The notes: generated by a model not told the origin, from the sequence alone. A DNA stretch of 64,000 nt from Chloroflexota bacterium (GCA_009840945.1 VXMU01000052.1:6885-70884); one strand, 5' to 3'. Shown: positions 7,604 to 17,040, counted from the stretch's first letter. Numbers and translations are program-made.

Positions 7604-8737
7604 TCAGGCGGGCTGCGCCACGGGGCCCGCGGCGACGAGTTCCTCGGCGAGCTGATCGATCTGGTCGCGCGTCACGTGCCCCATCGTGATGAGGTGCGCG
7701 ATGCCCTCGTAGGGCGCGAGCTGCCACTTCTCGATGATGTCCGCGGGCGGCCGCGGGAAGACGACGGTGGCCGAGTTCTTGTTGCGCCACGCCGGGATGC
7801 CCGCGCTGTTGAAGTGCTCGACGGCGTACGCCGCCACGTCGAGCATGCCGGCTACGAGCTGCGTGAAGCCCTCGATGCCGTACTGCTCCCAGGCCAGCCA
7901 CAGCATGAGCGGCGTGATCCCGTTCCGGGAGCCCGTCAGCGTCGTGTCCATCACGCCCACGTACTCGACCGAGCGCGCGATGCGGGCGACGTACTCGTTG
8001 CGCGTGAGCGCGACGCCGCAGGGGATGGGCGCGCCGATGAGCTTGTGGCCGCTGATGGAGATGCTGTCGAAGCCGTCCTCGAACGTGTGCGGCTGCGGGT
8101 CGTCGACGAACGGCAGGATCATGCCGCTCAACGCCGCGTCGCCGTGGATGTAGTGCCTCGTGACCGCGAGGTCGTCGAAGATCTCGCGCACGCGGCTCAC
8201 GTCGTCGACGGCGCCCTTCATGGTGGTGCCGATGTTGGCCATGAAGATCGCGGGCACGTCGCGGTTGATGCGGATCGACTCGCGGAGGTCGTCGTAGTCG
8301 ACCTCGCCGTTCTCCTGGCTCTTGATCATGATGTTGCGGGTCCTGAGGACGCGCGTGATCTTGAGGATGCTGTAGTGGGTGTCCTCGGAGAAGTAGACGA
8401 TGCCGTCCGGGAAGAGCTCGCGGGCGAGGAACATGCCGTACATGTTCCCCTCGGTCCCCCCGTTGGTGACGTAGCCCCACAGGTCCTCGCGGGGGAGCCG
8501 CATGAGGTCGCCGAAGCGACGGATCACCTCGCGTTCGATCTCGTGGGTGTTGGTGGCGAAGTTGCTGTCGTGGAACGGGTCGCCAACGTTGTTGACGTTG
8601 AAGCTCAGGAACGGCAGCAGCGCGGAGTAGTCGAAGTCCTGGTTCGTGGGGTAGCCGAGGAAGTGTCCCGCGAGGTCCTCGAACCTCGACTCCAACTCGT
8701 CCAGTCGCTGCCGGGTCGTGGCCTGCAACTCGGTCAT
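7604..8737 (-). CDS. hdc: Pyridoxal-dependent histidine decarboxylase (Gram-negative-type HDC, group II decarboxylase)
   Basis: 377 aa. Near-colinear match to enterobacterial/Vibrio HDC signatures: WGYVTNGGTEGNM, SEDTHYS, ANIGTTMKGAVDD, ALSGMILPFVDD, DSISISGHKLIGAPIPCG (PLP lysine), SRNGITPLMLW, AGIPAWRNKNSATVVFP. Start chosen at ATG 8737 (MTELQ...), preceded by GGAGG-N7. The upstream in-frame ATG at 8752 lacks an SD. Confidence 0.8.
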   Translation of the reverse strand: MTELQATTRQRLDELESRFEDLAGHFLGYPTNQDFDYSALLPFLSFNVNNVGDPFHDSNFATNTHEIEREVIRRFGDLMRLPREDLWGYVTNGGTEGNMYGMFLARELFPDGIVYFSEDTHYSILKITRVLRTRNIMIKSQENGEVDYDDLRESIRINRDVPAIFMANIGTTMKGAVDDVSRVREIFDDLAVTRHYIHGDAALSGMILPFVDDPQPHTFEDGFDSISISGHKLIGAPIPCGVALTRNEYVARIARSVEYVGVMDTTLTGSRNGITPLMLWLAWEQYGIEGFTQLVAGMLDVAAYAVEHFNSAGIPAWRNKNSATVVFPRPPADIIEKWQLAPYEGIAHLITMGHVTRDQIDQLAEELVAAGPVAQPA

Positions 8738-8841
8738 GGTGAGGCCTCCCATGTGCGGAAGGGCGGCTGCTCGATTGCGCCGTCTTCACCTATCAGGCTA
8801 TCGCCGGGAAGGGCCGGTTGCCTAGACTGGATGCCTAGCGG

Positions 8842-8915
8842 TGCCGGGTGGTGTAACGGTAGCACAGGGGACTTTGGATCCCTTGATGGAGGTTCGATTC
8901 CTCCCCCGGCAGCCA
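8842..8915 (+). tRNA. tRNA-Gln (anticodon TTG)
   Basis: Acceptor TGCCGGG/CCCGGCA (U1:A72, typical of bacterial tRNA-Gln), anticodon stem GGGGA/TCCCT with loop CTTTGGA, T arm GGAGG-TTCGATT-CCTCC, discriminator G, CCA. Confidence 0.85.
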
Positions 8916-8962
8916 TCACTGACGGTACTGCGAACTTCCGGCCCGGCGGAGGCAGGTGGTCC

Positions 8963-10651
8963 ATGGCCAGGCTCAGCGGCGGCGAGGCCCTCGCCCGCTC
9001 ACTCGTCCGCGAGGGCGTCGAGGTGGTCTTCGGGCTGCCGGGCATCCAGACCTACGGGCTCGTCGCCGGGCTGCGCGACGAGCCGGGTATCCGCCTGATC
9101 TCGACCCGTCACGAGCAGGCCACGACGTACATGGCAGACGGCTACGCCCGCGCCTCGGGGAAGCCCGGCGTGGCGCTGGTGGTGCCCGGTGTCGGCCTCT
9201 ACAACGCCGCGTCGGGCCTGGCCACGGCGTACGCGCGCTCCTCGCCTGTGCTCGTCATCGCCGGGCAGGTGCCGCGCGCCGCGATCGGCAAGGACGCCGG
9301 GGCGGTGCACGAGGTGCTGGACCAGGCCGACACGGTGCGCTCCGTGACCAAGTGGCGGCGCGCCGCGATGAGGCCTCGCGAGATTCCCGCCGCCGTAACC
9401 GAGGCCTTCCGACAGCTCCGCACCGGTCGTCCGCGCCCCGTGTTGATCGAGGTGCCGCCCGAGGCGGGTGTCGAGCGCGAAGAGGTCGAGCTGTGGGATC
9501 CGGCGCCGGTCTCGCCGATCGTGCCGAGCCCCGACCAGCTGCGGGCGGCAGCCCGCGTCATCGCCGGGGCGCGCCTGCCCGTTATCTACGCCGGCGGCGG
9601 TGTGGCGCGGTCGGACGCCGAGGACGCCCTCGTCCGGCTGGCCGAGGCGACGAACATCCCCGTGGTCACGTCGAGCGGTGGCAAGGGGACGATCCCGGAC
9701 AGCCACCCGCTCTCCTACGGCTCGTGCTTCAGCCCCCGGGGCGAGCGGCAGGAGATGAACCAGCTCTTCGAGGTGATGCAGGCGGCCGATGTCGTGATCG
9801 GGATCGGCGCGCGCTTCTCGCTGGGCAATCCGGCGGGGAACGCCTCCACGCTCGTGAACATCAACGTCGACGACGCCGAGCTGATGCGGATCCAGTCCAA
9901 CACGGTCCCCCTCCACGGCGACGCGAGGGCGACCATCGAGGCGATGCTCCCCTACCTGGACGAGGCCGGAGCGGGCGACCGCCCGTCGCCGGCGAGGGCC
10001 GTCGAGGCGGCCCGGAACCTGATCGCCTACTACGACATCAGGCTGAAGGAGCCGCAGTACGCGGTGCTGGAGACGATCCACGGCGCCATCCCGGAGGACG
10101 CGTTCATCGTCTGGGACGTCACGCAGTTCGGCTACTACGCCCGCACGCACTACCGGGTGAACCACCCGAAGACGTACATCGACTCCGGCTACCAGTTCAA
10201 CGTCGGCTACTCGTTCCCGACGGCGCTCGGGGCGAAGGTGGCGGAGCCCGGCCGGTCCGTGGTCTGCATGGTTGGCGACGGGGGCTTCCTCTTCAACGCA
10301 TCCGAGCTCGCCACCGCCGTCCAGCACGGCCTCACCGTCGTGACCGTGGTCTTCCGGAACGACTCGTACGGCAACGTCGCGCGCGACCTGGACGTGGCGT
10401 TCGGCGGCGCCTACGGGACCGACCTGCACAATCCGGACTTCGTCGCGTTCGCGGAGTCGTTCGGCGCGGTCGGCATGCGGGCATCGGATCCGATGGAGCT
10501 GGAGACGCTACTTCCCGAGGCGCTCGAGCGCGACGCGCCGGTCGTCATCGACGTGCCGTTCGGCGACATGCCGATCCCGCGCGCCCCGCAGTTCGCGCCC
10601 GTCTACGAGCTGCCCTGGACGCGGCCCCAGGAGGGGCTGATCGAGTCCTGA
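8963..10651 (+). CDS. Thiamine-pyrophosphate-dependent enzyme (acetolactate synthase large-subunit-like / TPP decarboxylase family)
   Basis: 562 aa. N-terminal TPP-enzyme pyrimidine-binding domain (GLPGIQTYGLVAGL...), central domain and C-terminal TPP-binding motif (VCMVGDGGFLFNASELATA...N). ATG preceded by GGAGG. Confidence 0.85.
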   Translation: MARLSGGEALARSLVREGVEVVFGLPGIQTYGLVAGLRDEPGIRLISTRHEQATTYMADGYARASGKPGVALVVPGVGLYNAASGLATAYARSSPVLVIAGQVPRAAIGKDAGAVHEVLDQADTVRSVTKWRRAAMRPREIPAAVTEAFRQLRTGRPRPVLIEVPPEAGVEREEVELWDPAPVSPIVPSPDQLRAAARVIAGARLPVIYAGGGVARSDAEDALVRLAEATNIPVVTSSGGKGTIPDSHPLSYGSCFSPRGERQEMNQLFEVMQAADVVIGIGARFSLGNPAGNASTLVNINVDDAELMRIQSNTVPLHGDARATIEAMLPYLDEAGAGDRPSPARAVEAARNLIAYYDIRLKEPQYAVLETIHGAIPEDAFIVWDVTQFGYYARTHYRVNHPKTYIDSGYQFNVGYSFPTALGAKVAEPGRSVVCMVGDGGFLFNASELATAVQHGLTVVTVVFRNDSYGNVARDLDVAFGGAYGTDLHNPDFVAFAESFGAVGMRASDPMELETLLPEALERDAPVVIDVPFGDMPIPRAPQFAPVYELPWTRPQEGLIES

Positions 10652-10804
10652 CCGGACCTCCGACGCGATACGGCGGTGGGGGCTCACTCGCTGTCGTCCC
10701 CACGCAGGCGGTGCGGCCGGGCAGGCCGCGGGCCGCACTACGGCGTCAGGTGCTATCTTCCGTTCCCGACCACTCGCGCTGATGTCCGCCGGAAGGGGCG
10801 CAAC

Positions 10805-11365
10805 ATGAAGATCGGCGTCATCTCAGACACCCACATCCCGTCGATGGGCCCCGAGCCCCCGCACCAGGTGATCAAGGCCTTCGAGGGCGTCGACCTGATC
10901 GTCCACGCCGGCGACATCTACGCCGACTCCTGCCTCGAGTGGCTCGGCCGCATCGCGCCCGTCGAGTCCGCCAAGTCGCGCTTCGCAGCCGTCGCCGAGG
11001 GCGCCCCCCGCACGGGGACGACTTTGGTGCTGGACCTCGAGGGCCGCAAGGTGGGCGTCGTCCACAAGCTGGAGCTGCTGCCGATCGTCGACGAGATCTA
11101 CCCGGGCTCGCTCTCCAAGTACCCCGAGGACCAGGACCTCGAGGACGAGCTGGTCGCGATCTTCGGCGAGACCGTCGACATCGTGATCTTCGGCTACACG
11201 CACGAGGCGATGGTGGAGACGTTCCGCGACGTGCTGTTCGTGAACCCCGGCAGCACCTCGATGATCAAGCAGAGCATGCTGCTCGGCCACGTCGCCGTCC
11301 TCGACCTCAACGACGATGGCAGCGCCGAGGCCGAGGTGATCTATCTCGGCGACGTCGAGGAGTAG
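10805..11365 (+). CDS. Metallophosphoesterase (YfcE/MJ0936 family)
   Basis: MKIGVISDTHIPS...VHAGDIYAD...GYTHEAMV: calcineurin-like phosphoesterase motifs. 186 aa. Confidence 0.8.
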   Translation: MKIGVISDTHIPSMGPEPPHQVIKAFEGVDLIVHAGDIYADSCLEWLGRIAPVESAKSRFAAVAEGAPRTGTTLVLDLEGRKVGVVHKLELLPIVDEIYPGSLSKYPEDQDLEDELVAIFGETVDIVIFGYTHEAMVETFRDVLFVNPGSTSMIKQSMLLGHVAVLDLNDDGSAEAEVIYLGDVEE

Positions 11366-11447
11366 CTGGCGCGACGCCCCGGCGCCCTCGCGGCCGGCGG
11401 ACACGGGCGGCTGCTAGAGTGTCGGGCGCGCCGGGAGGAGGCTGCGC

Positions 11448-12659
11448 ATGACCGGCATCATGCCCCTGGACGACGTGCGCGTGCTGGACCTGTCGCGCTA
11501 CACGTCCGGGCCGTTCTGCACCCGCGTCCTCGGCGACTACGGCGCCGACGTGATTAAGATCGAGCAGCCCGGGACGGGCGACCCCGCTCGCGCGCTCCCT
11601 CCGTTCTACCAGGACGAGCCCGGCCTCGAACGCAGCGGCATCTTCCTGTTCCTCAACACCAACAAGCGCAGCGTGACGCTCGACCTCAAGAGCGAGCGGG
11701 GGCGTGAGATCGCGCTCGAGCTCGCCGCGAGCTCGCAGGTGGTGATCGAGAACTTCGCGCCCGGGACGCTCGACCGCCTCGGGCTCGGCTTCGACGCACT
11801 GCGCGCGGTGAACCCCGGCATCGTGCTGACCTCGATCAGCAACTTCGGGCAGACCGGCCCCTACCGCGACTGGCAGGGCACCGACCTGACGCTGCTGGCC
11901 ATGGGCAACATGCAGGGCACCGGCGACACCGACCACGAGCCGCTCAAGACCGCCGGCCACCACGCCACGTACTACCCGGGCTACGTGGCCGCCCTGGCGA
12001 CCTCGATGGGCCTGATGACCGCCGAGCTGACCGGCGAGGGGGAGCACCTGGACATCAGCATCTTCGAGACGCACTCGCACTCCGTCGACGGCCGGCTCGG
12101 CCGCACGCTCGCGTACCAGTACAACGGGCGCCTCGTCGGCCGCTCGGGCATGGCGGGCGCCATCGGCAGCGGGATCTTCCCGTGCGCGGACGGCTACTTC
12201 GGGCTCAACGCGGGCGCCGGGCTGGTTCAGCGCATGATCCGCATGGTCGGCCGCGAGGACCTGCTGGAGCACCCGGACTGGTCGACCGTCGCCGAGCTGT
12301 CCAAGGCGGAACGCGCCATCGAGTTCCAGGGGATCCTCATCCCGTGGCTGCTCGAGCGCACCAAGGAAGAGGTGCGCACCGAGTGCGAGCGCTTCGGCGT
12401 CCTCGGCGGCCCGCTCAACACCATCGAGGACCTCTTCCAGGACCAGAACTTCCAGGCGCGGGAGTTCTTCCAGGAGATCGACCACCCGACCACCGGCCCC
12501 ATCCAGTACCCCGGCTTCCACGCGGTCCTGCACCGCGACGAGCCGATGCCGGAGCGCAGCCGCGCGCCGCTGCTGGGCGAACACACCGACGAGGTGCTCG
12601 GGGAGCTCGGCATCGAAGCCGGCGAACGCGAGGCGCTACGCGCCTCGGGCGTGATCTAG
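11448..12659 (+). CDS. Family III CoA-transferase (CaiB/BaiF family)
   Basis: MTGIMPLDDVRVLDLSRYTSGPFCTRVLGDYGADVIKIEQPGTGDPAR...: characteristic N-terminal region. 403 aa. Confidence 0.85.
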   Translation: MTGIMPLDDVRVLDLSRYTSGPFCTRVLGDYGADVIKIEQPGTGDPARALPPFYQDEPGLERSGIFLFLNTNKRSVTLDLKSERGREIALELAASSQVVIENFAPGTLDRLGLGFDALRAVNPGIVLTSISNFGQTGPYRDWQGTDLTLLAMGNMQGTGDTDHEPLKTAGHHATYYPGYVAALATSMGLMTAELTGEGEHLDISIFETHSHSVDGRLGRTLAYQYNGRLVGRSGMAGAIGSGIFPCADGYFGLNAGAGLVQRMIRMVGREDLLEHPDWSTVAELSKAERAIEFQGILIPWLLERTKEEVRTECERFGVLGGPLNTIEDLFQDQNFQAREFFQEIDHPTTGPIQYPGFHAVLHRDEPMPERSRAPLLGEHTDEVLGELGIEAGEREALRASGVI

Positions 12660-12674
12660 CAGGGGAGGAGCGCC

Positions 12675-13997
12675 ATGACGTCACCAGCATCCAACGGCAA
12701 GCGGCTCCCCCTGGAGGGCGTGCGCATCCTGGACTTCACCGTCGTCTGGGCCGGCCCCTACTGCACGATGCAGCTCGCGGACTGGGGCGCGGAGGTGATC
12801 CGCGTCGAGTCGGTGCACCACTTCGCGCCGCAGACGCGCGGACTGATCGCCCGCCCGCCGCAGGAGTTCGCCGAGAACAGCGCGAACCAGGGCGGCGGCT
12901 ACCCGGACGACCTCCTGGGCGAGCGCCCGTGGAACCGCGGCCCCTACTTCAACAACCACGGCCGCAACAAGCGCTCGGTCACCGTGCACCTCGGGACGCC
13001 CGAGGGGCAGGCCGCGCTCGACCGGCTGATCGAGCACTCCGACGGGCTGATCGAGAACAACCTGCCGCCGAACATCGAGAAGCAGGGCATCACCTGGGAG
13101 CGCGTCTCCGCGGTCAACCCGCAGATGATCATGCTGCGCGTCCCGGCGTTCGGCATCGAGGGTCCCTACCGCGGCTACCGGACGTGGGGGAACCACATGG
13201 AGGCGCTGCTGGGTCACCCCGTGCTGCGCTCCTACCCGCAGCTCAGCCTGGACTACGCGCCCATGGCGGTGCCCTCGGACGCCGCGTCGGGGATCGGCGG
13301 TGCGCTCGCGTTCGCGATGGGCCTCCGCCAGCGCCGCAAGACGGGCAAGGGCCTGATGATCGAGGCCGCGACGGCGGAGAACTTCGTCCCGTTCCTCGGC
13401 GACTTCGTCATGGACTACAGCATGAACGGCCGCGTGCAGGAGCGGCTCGGAAACACCCACCCGACGATGGCGCCGCACAACGTCTACCCGTGCTTCGGCA
13501 CCGACCGCTGGATCGCCATCGCCGTGCGGTCCGAGGACGAGTGGGCGAGCCTCTGCAAGGTGATGCACCAGCTCGGCCTCGAGGACGACCCGCGCTTCGC
13601 GACGATGGAGTCGCGCCACGAGCACCGCGACGCGCTGGACGCGCGCATCGCCGAGTGGACGGCGATCAAGGACGCCTACTGGGTCATGGAGCGCCTCCAG
13701 ATCGAGGGCATCCCGGCGGGCGTCGCCATGCACGAGCGAGACGTGCTGGAGAACCGCCAGCACGGCGCCCGCGACTTCTGGCGCACCATCAGCCACCCGG
13801 AGGCGGGGACGCAGCGTCACGTCGGCCCGCTGTGGCGCACGACGGGCGACAACCCGGGGGAGGCCCGGCACGCACCGCGCCTGGGCGAGGACAACGACTA
13901 CGTCTACAAGGAGGTCATGGGCTACTCCGACGAGGAGTACGCCGACTTCGAGCGCATGGGCCACATCGGCATGGACTACGACCCCTCGGTAGCCTAG
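12675..13997 (+). CDS. Family III CoA-transferase (CaiB/BaiF family), second tandem copy
   Basis: LEGVRILDFTVVWAGPYCTMQLADWGAEVIRVES.... 440 aa, directly downstream of the first copy. Confidence 0.85.
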   Translation: MTSPASNGKRLPLEGVRILDFTVVWAGPYCTMQLADWGAEVIRVESVHHFAPQTRGLIARPPQEFAENSANQGGGYPDDLLGERPWNRGPYFNNHGRNKRSVTVHLGTPEGQAALDRLIEHSDGLIENNLPPNIEKQGITWERVSAVNPQMIMLRVPAFGIEGPYRGYRTWGNHMEALLGHPVLRSYPQLSLDYAPMAVPSDAASGIGGALAFAMGLRQRRKTGKGLMIEAATAENFVPFLGDFVMDYSMNGRVQERLGNTHPTMAPHNVYPCFGTDRWIAIAVRSEDEWASLCKVMHQLGLEDDPRFATMESRHEHRDALDARIAEWTAIKDAYWVMERLQIEGIPAGVAMHERDVLENRQHGARDFWRTISHPEAGTQRHVGPLWRTTGDNPGEARHAPRLGEDNDYVYKEVMGYSDEEYADFERMGHIGMDYDPSVA

Positions 13998-14360
13998 GTG
14001 GAGGTCAGGCGGCTGCTGGTCGCGACGTTCGTCGAGCCCGTGCAGAACTGGCGGGACTACGACGCGCCGTTCAGCACGAAGCTCCGTCTTTACGTTCGAA
14101 ATAACTGGACCAAGATGCGCACCTTGTCGCTCTGCTGCGGCAACCACGGCGAGCCAGGTTGCTGACGCCTGGACCACGGGCCCGGTTCGGGCCATCATCA
14201 TCACAATCATAGTGACGAGTAAGATGCCCGCCTTGTCGTCCGCCGTCTGAGCTCGTATGCACTATCACGAAACCGCCGGATTGCCGCGCACACTGATTGG
14301 ATCCAGGCCCGCATCTGCGTAGACTCGCCTGGTACACACGGATCAAGCGAGGGAATACCG

Positions 14361-14615
14361 ATGCCGAAGTTCACTCCCATGGAGCCATCCGAAGTGCTGA
14401 TCGGCCGCGCGAGGGCTGCTGCCGAAGAACGTGCCCACTACGTGGAGGCCGTCAGCGCCTCCGACGCCGGCAAGATCGAGCTCGCACGTGGCGAGAATCC
14501 CACCCGGGTGAAGCGCCTGCTCTCCGAGGCCGCGAGGCAGGCCGGCACCAAGGTGCGCTCCTCGTGGGAGGACAAGTCCCGGCGCGTGCTGCTCTGGAAG
14601 AAGGTCGGCCGCTAA
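14361..14615 (+). CDS. Hypothetical small basic protein (84 aa)
   Basis: ATG with GAGGGAA 6 nt upstream. Sits in an atypically lower-GC intergenic island and is followed by an intrinsic terminator. No recognisable family. Confidence 0.35.
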   Translation: MPKFTPMEPSEVLIGRARAAAEERAHYVEAVSASDAGKIELARGENPTRVKRLLSEAARQAGTKVRSSWEDKSRRVLLWKKVGR

Positions 14616-14728
14616 CAGGCCCACCCCGCGGACGACCCCACGCTCAGGACGCCGCCGCTCGCGGAACGACCGCGCGGCGGAAGCCGCTCGCCTGCGCCGG
14701 CGAGGGCGCGGCCGCGCCCAACGAAGAA

Positions 14729-14760
14729 GCCCCGGGTCCACCGGGGCTTTCTTGCTTCGC
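14729..14760 (+). terminator. Putative rho-independent terminator
   Basis: GCCCCGG-TCCA-CCGGGGC hairpin followed by TTTCTTGCTT. Confidence 0.5.
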
Positions 14761-14856
14761 GCGGATCGGGCTCTGTGGGTCTGCCCCTGCGGGCACTACA
14801 GCCTTGGCGCTCCCTCGATACGGGAACGCCTTCCTGTGACGCCCGGGTCTGGCTGG

Positions 14857-15024
14857 TCAGGACTCGCGGCGCGTCGGGCGCTTCTTCGCGAGTCCTCGCA
14901 GGTACGGGTTCGAGGGGTTCGCCGGGAACTCTCGCGTCTCTCCGCAGCCCTTGCAGCGGCCCGGCACTCCCCCGCCCGACGGCTCCGACAGGATCCAGTG
15001 ATGGACGTGATCTTCCGTCGTCAC
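14857..15024 (-). CDS. Hypothetical small CxxC (zinc-ribbon-like) protein; start uncertain
   Basis: VTTEDHVHHWILSEPSGGGVPGRCKGCGETREFPANPSNPYLRGLAKKRPTRRES (55 aa from the GTG). An alternative ATG at about 15136 would give about 93 aa. No family recognised; could be spurious. Confidence 0.25.
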   Translation of the reverse strand: MTTEDHVHHWILSEPSGGGVPGRCKGCGETREFPANPSNPYLRGLAKKRPTRRES

Positions 15025-15292
15025 GCCGCGAGCCTCTGCTGCCACGGTTTCCCCCTCACCAACGTTCCTCGCCTCGCGCGGGACCGCTGCTCTCGCGAGC
15101 CGCCTGCCGGCCACCACGCAACGATGGTTCCCGCGCATAGTGCCACACGTGTCCACCCCCTTGCGAGCGTGGCGCGCGACGCGCCCCACCCCGCGCCGCG
15201 TCCATAAGCGCGATCGGCGCTACATTGGGTCACTATCGGATCGCCGCCCGGCGATCTCACCGCCAGACACACCATTCAGGGAGCTCCAGACA

Positions 15293-15847
15293 GTGACCGA
15301 TCGCGGCATCATCCTGTGGTTCACCGGCCTCTCCGGCGCCGGCAAATCGACCCTCGCCGAACAGCTCGCACCCGTCCTCTCGGCCCGAGGGCGCAACGTC
15401 GAGGTCCTCGACGGCGACGAAGTACGGACGAACCTCTCGAAGGGGCTCGGGTTCTCCAAGGAGGACCGCGACACCAACATCCGACGCATCGGCTACGTCG
15501 CGCGGCTGCTCTCGCGCAACGGCGTCGCCGTGATCACGGCGGCGATCTCGCCCTACGCAGCCATCCGCGACGAGGTGCGCGCGAGCATCGCCGACGAACC
15601 CTGCGAGTTCATCGAGATCCACGTCGACTGCTCGATCGAGGAGCTCACCCGCCGCGACGTGAAAGGCCTCTACGAGAAGGCGCTGCGCGGCGAGATCGAG
15701 AACTTCACCGGCATCTCCGACCCCTACGAGGCGCCCGAACACCCCGAGGTGCGCGTCAACTCCGAGACGCAGAACGAGGACGAGTCGCTGGGTGACATCG
15801 TCGGCTACCTCGAGTCCCGCGACCTGATCCGGGGAGACGCATCGTGA
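15293..15847 (+). CDS. cysC: Adenylyl-sulfate (APS) kinase
   Basis: P-loop FTGLSGAGKSTLA and full-length APS-kinase similarity. GTG start with AGGGAG upstream; the stop overlaps the sat start. Confidence 0.9.
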   Translation: MTDRGIILWFTGLSGAGKSTLAEQLAPVLSARGRNVEVLDGDEVRTNLSKGLGFSKEDRDTNIRRIGYVARLLSRNGVAVITAAISPYAAIRDEVRASIADEPCEFIEIHVDCSIEELTRRDVKGLYEKALRGEIENFTGISDPYEAPEHPEVRVNSETQNEDESLGDIVGYLESRDLIRGDAS

Positions 15848-17019
15848 GCCCCGACACCTCCCAGCTCGTCCCCCCGCACGGCGGTACGCTGCGCGAGCTG
15901 CTCGCCACCGGCGAGGAGGCCGCCGCGCTCGTCGCGCAGGCGAGCGAGCTGCCGGTGCTGCGCCTCGGCGCACGCCAGGTCACCGACCTCGAGCTGCTCT
16001 CCGTGGGCGCGCTCAGCCCCCTCGGCGGCTTCATGGACGAGGCCGACTACCGCGCGGTGGTCGAGGGCATGTGCCTCGCCGACGGGACCGTGTGGAGCGT
16101 GCCCATCACCCTCCCCGTCACTGCCGGGCAGGCCGCCGACCTCGCCGGCAGGCAGATCGCGCTGGCCGCCGAGGACGGCACGCTCCTCGCCGTGATGGAC
16201 GCGGGCGAAGCCTACCCGTACGACCGTGAGCGCGAGGCGGAGAAGGTGTACCGCACCGCCGACCCCGCGCACCCGGGCGTCGAGGCGGTCAACGAGCAGG
16301 CCGAGCTGCTGCTCGGCGGGCCCGTCCGCGCCTTCGCGCTCCCCCCGGACCCGGAGTTCCCGGAGCACCGGCTGACCCCGGCGCAGACGCGCGCCGCGTT
16401 CGCCGAGCGCGGCTGGCGCACTGTCGTCGGATTCCAGACGCGCAACCCCGTGCACCGCGCCCACGAGTACCTCACCAAGGTCGCCCTCGAGGTCGTGGAC
16501 GGGCTGCTGCTGCACCCCCTCGTCGGTGAGACGAAGGAGGGCGACATCCCCGCCGACGTGCGGATGCAGTGCTACCAGGTGCTGCTGGATGGCTACTACG
16601 CGCAGGACCGCGTCGTGCTCTCCGTGCTCCCGGCGTCGATGCGCTACGCGGGGCCGCGCGAGGCGATCTTCCACGCGATCATGCGCCAGAACTACGGCTG
16701 CTCGCACTTCATCGTCGGCCGCGACCACGCCGGCGTGGGCGACTACTACGGCACGTACGACGCGCAGGAGATCTTCGACCAGCTCGAGCCGGGCGCGCTG
16801 GCGATCCAGCCGCTGAAGTTCGAGCACAGCTTCTTCTGCGTGCGCTGCGAAGGCATGGCCAGCTCGCACACCTGCCCACACGGCAACGACGTCCACGTCT
16901 TCCTGTCGGGCACGCGCGTGCGCGAGATGCTCGAGGCCGGCGAGGCCCCGCCTGCCGAGTTCACCCGCCCCGAGGTCGCCGAGGTGCTGATCGAGGCCTA
17001 CAGCGGGGGCGCGCCGTAG
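15844..17019 (+). CDS. sat: Sulfate adenylyltransferase (ATP sulfurylase, monomeric Sat type)
   Basis: QTRNPVHRAHEY and GRDHAGVGDYYG motifs. 391 aa. Confidence 0.9.
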   Translation: MSPDTSQLVPPHGGTLRELLATGEEAAALVAQASELPVLRLGARQVTDLELLSVGALSPLGGFMDEADYRAVVEGMCLADGTVWSVPITLPVTAGQAADLAGRQIALAAEDGTLLAVMDAGEAYPYDREREAEKVYRTADPAHPGVEAVNEQAELLLGGPVRAFALPPDPEFPEHRLTPAQTRAAFAERGWRTVVGFQTRNPVHRAHEYLTKVALEVVDGLLLHPLVGETKEGDIPADVRMQCYQVLLDGYYAQDRVVLSVLPASMRYAGPREAIFHAIMRQNYGCSHFIVGRDHAGVGDYYGTYDAQEIFDQLEPGALAIQPLKFEHSFFCVRCEGMASSHTCPHGNDVHVFLSGTRVREMLEAGEAPPAEFTRPEVAEVLIEAYSGGAP

Positions 17020-17040
17020 CGTCGCGCCCCTCCCGGGCCA

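Noticed and set aside
7676-10651. 991-aa plus-strand ORF spanning hdc antisense, tRNA-Gln and the TPP enzyme
   Set aside because: Only the downstream part (8963-10651) is the real TPP enzyme gene. The upstream portion runs antisense through hdc and across a tRNA gene, so it cannot be coding.
12182-14210. Long overlapping ORFs (640 aa plus strand, 509 aa minus strand) across the second CoA-transferase
   Set aside because: Alternative-frame and antisense ORFs are expected in 72% GC DNA. Their composition is biased (R/A/G/P-rich) with no motifs, whereas the annotated frame has clear family-III CoA-transferase signatures.
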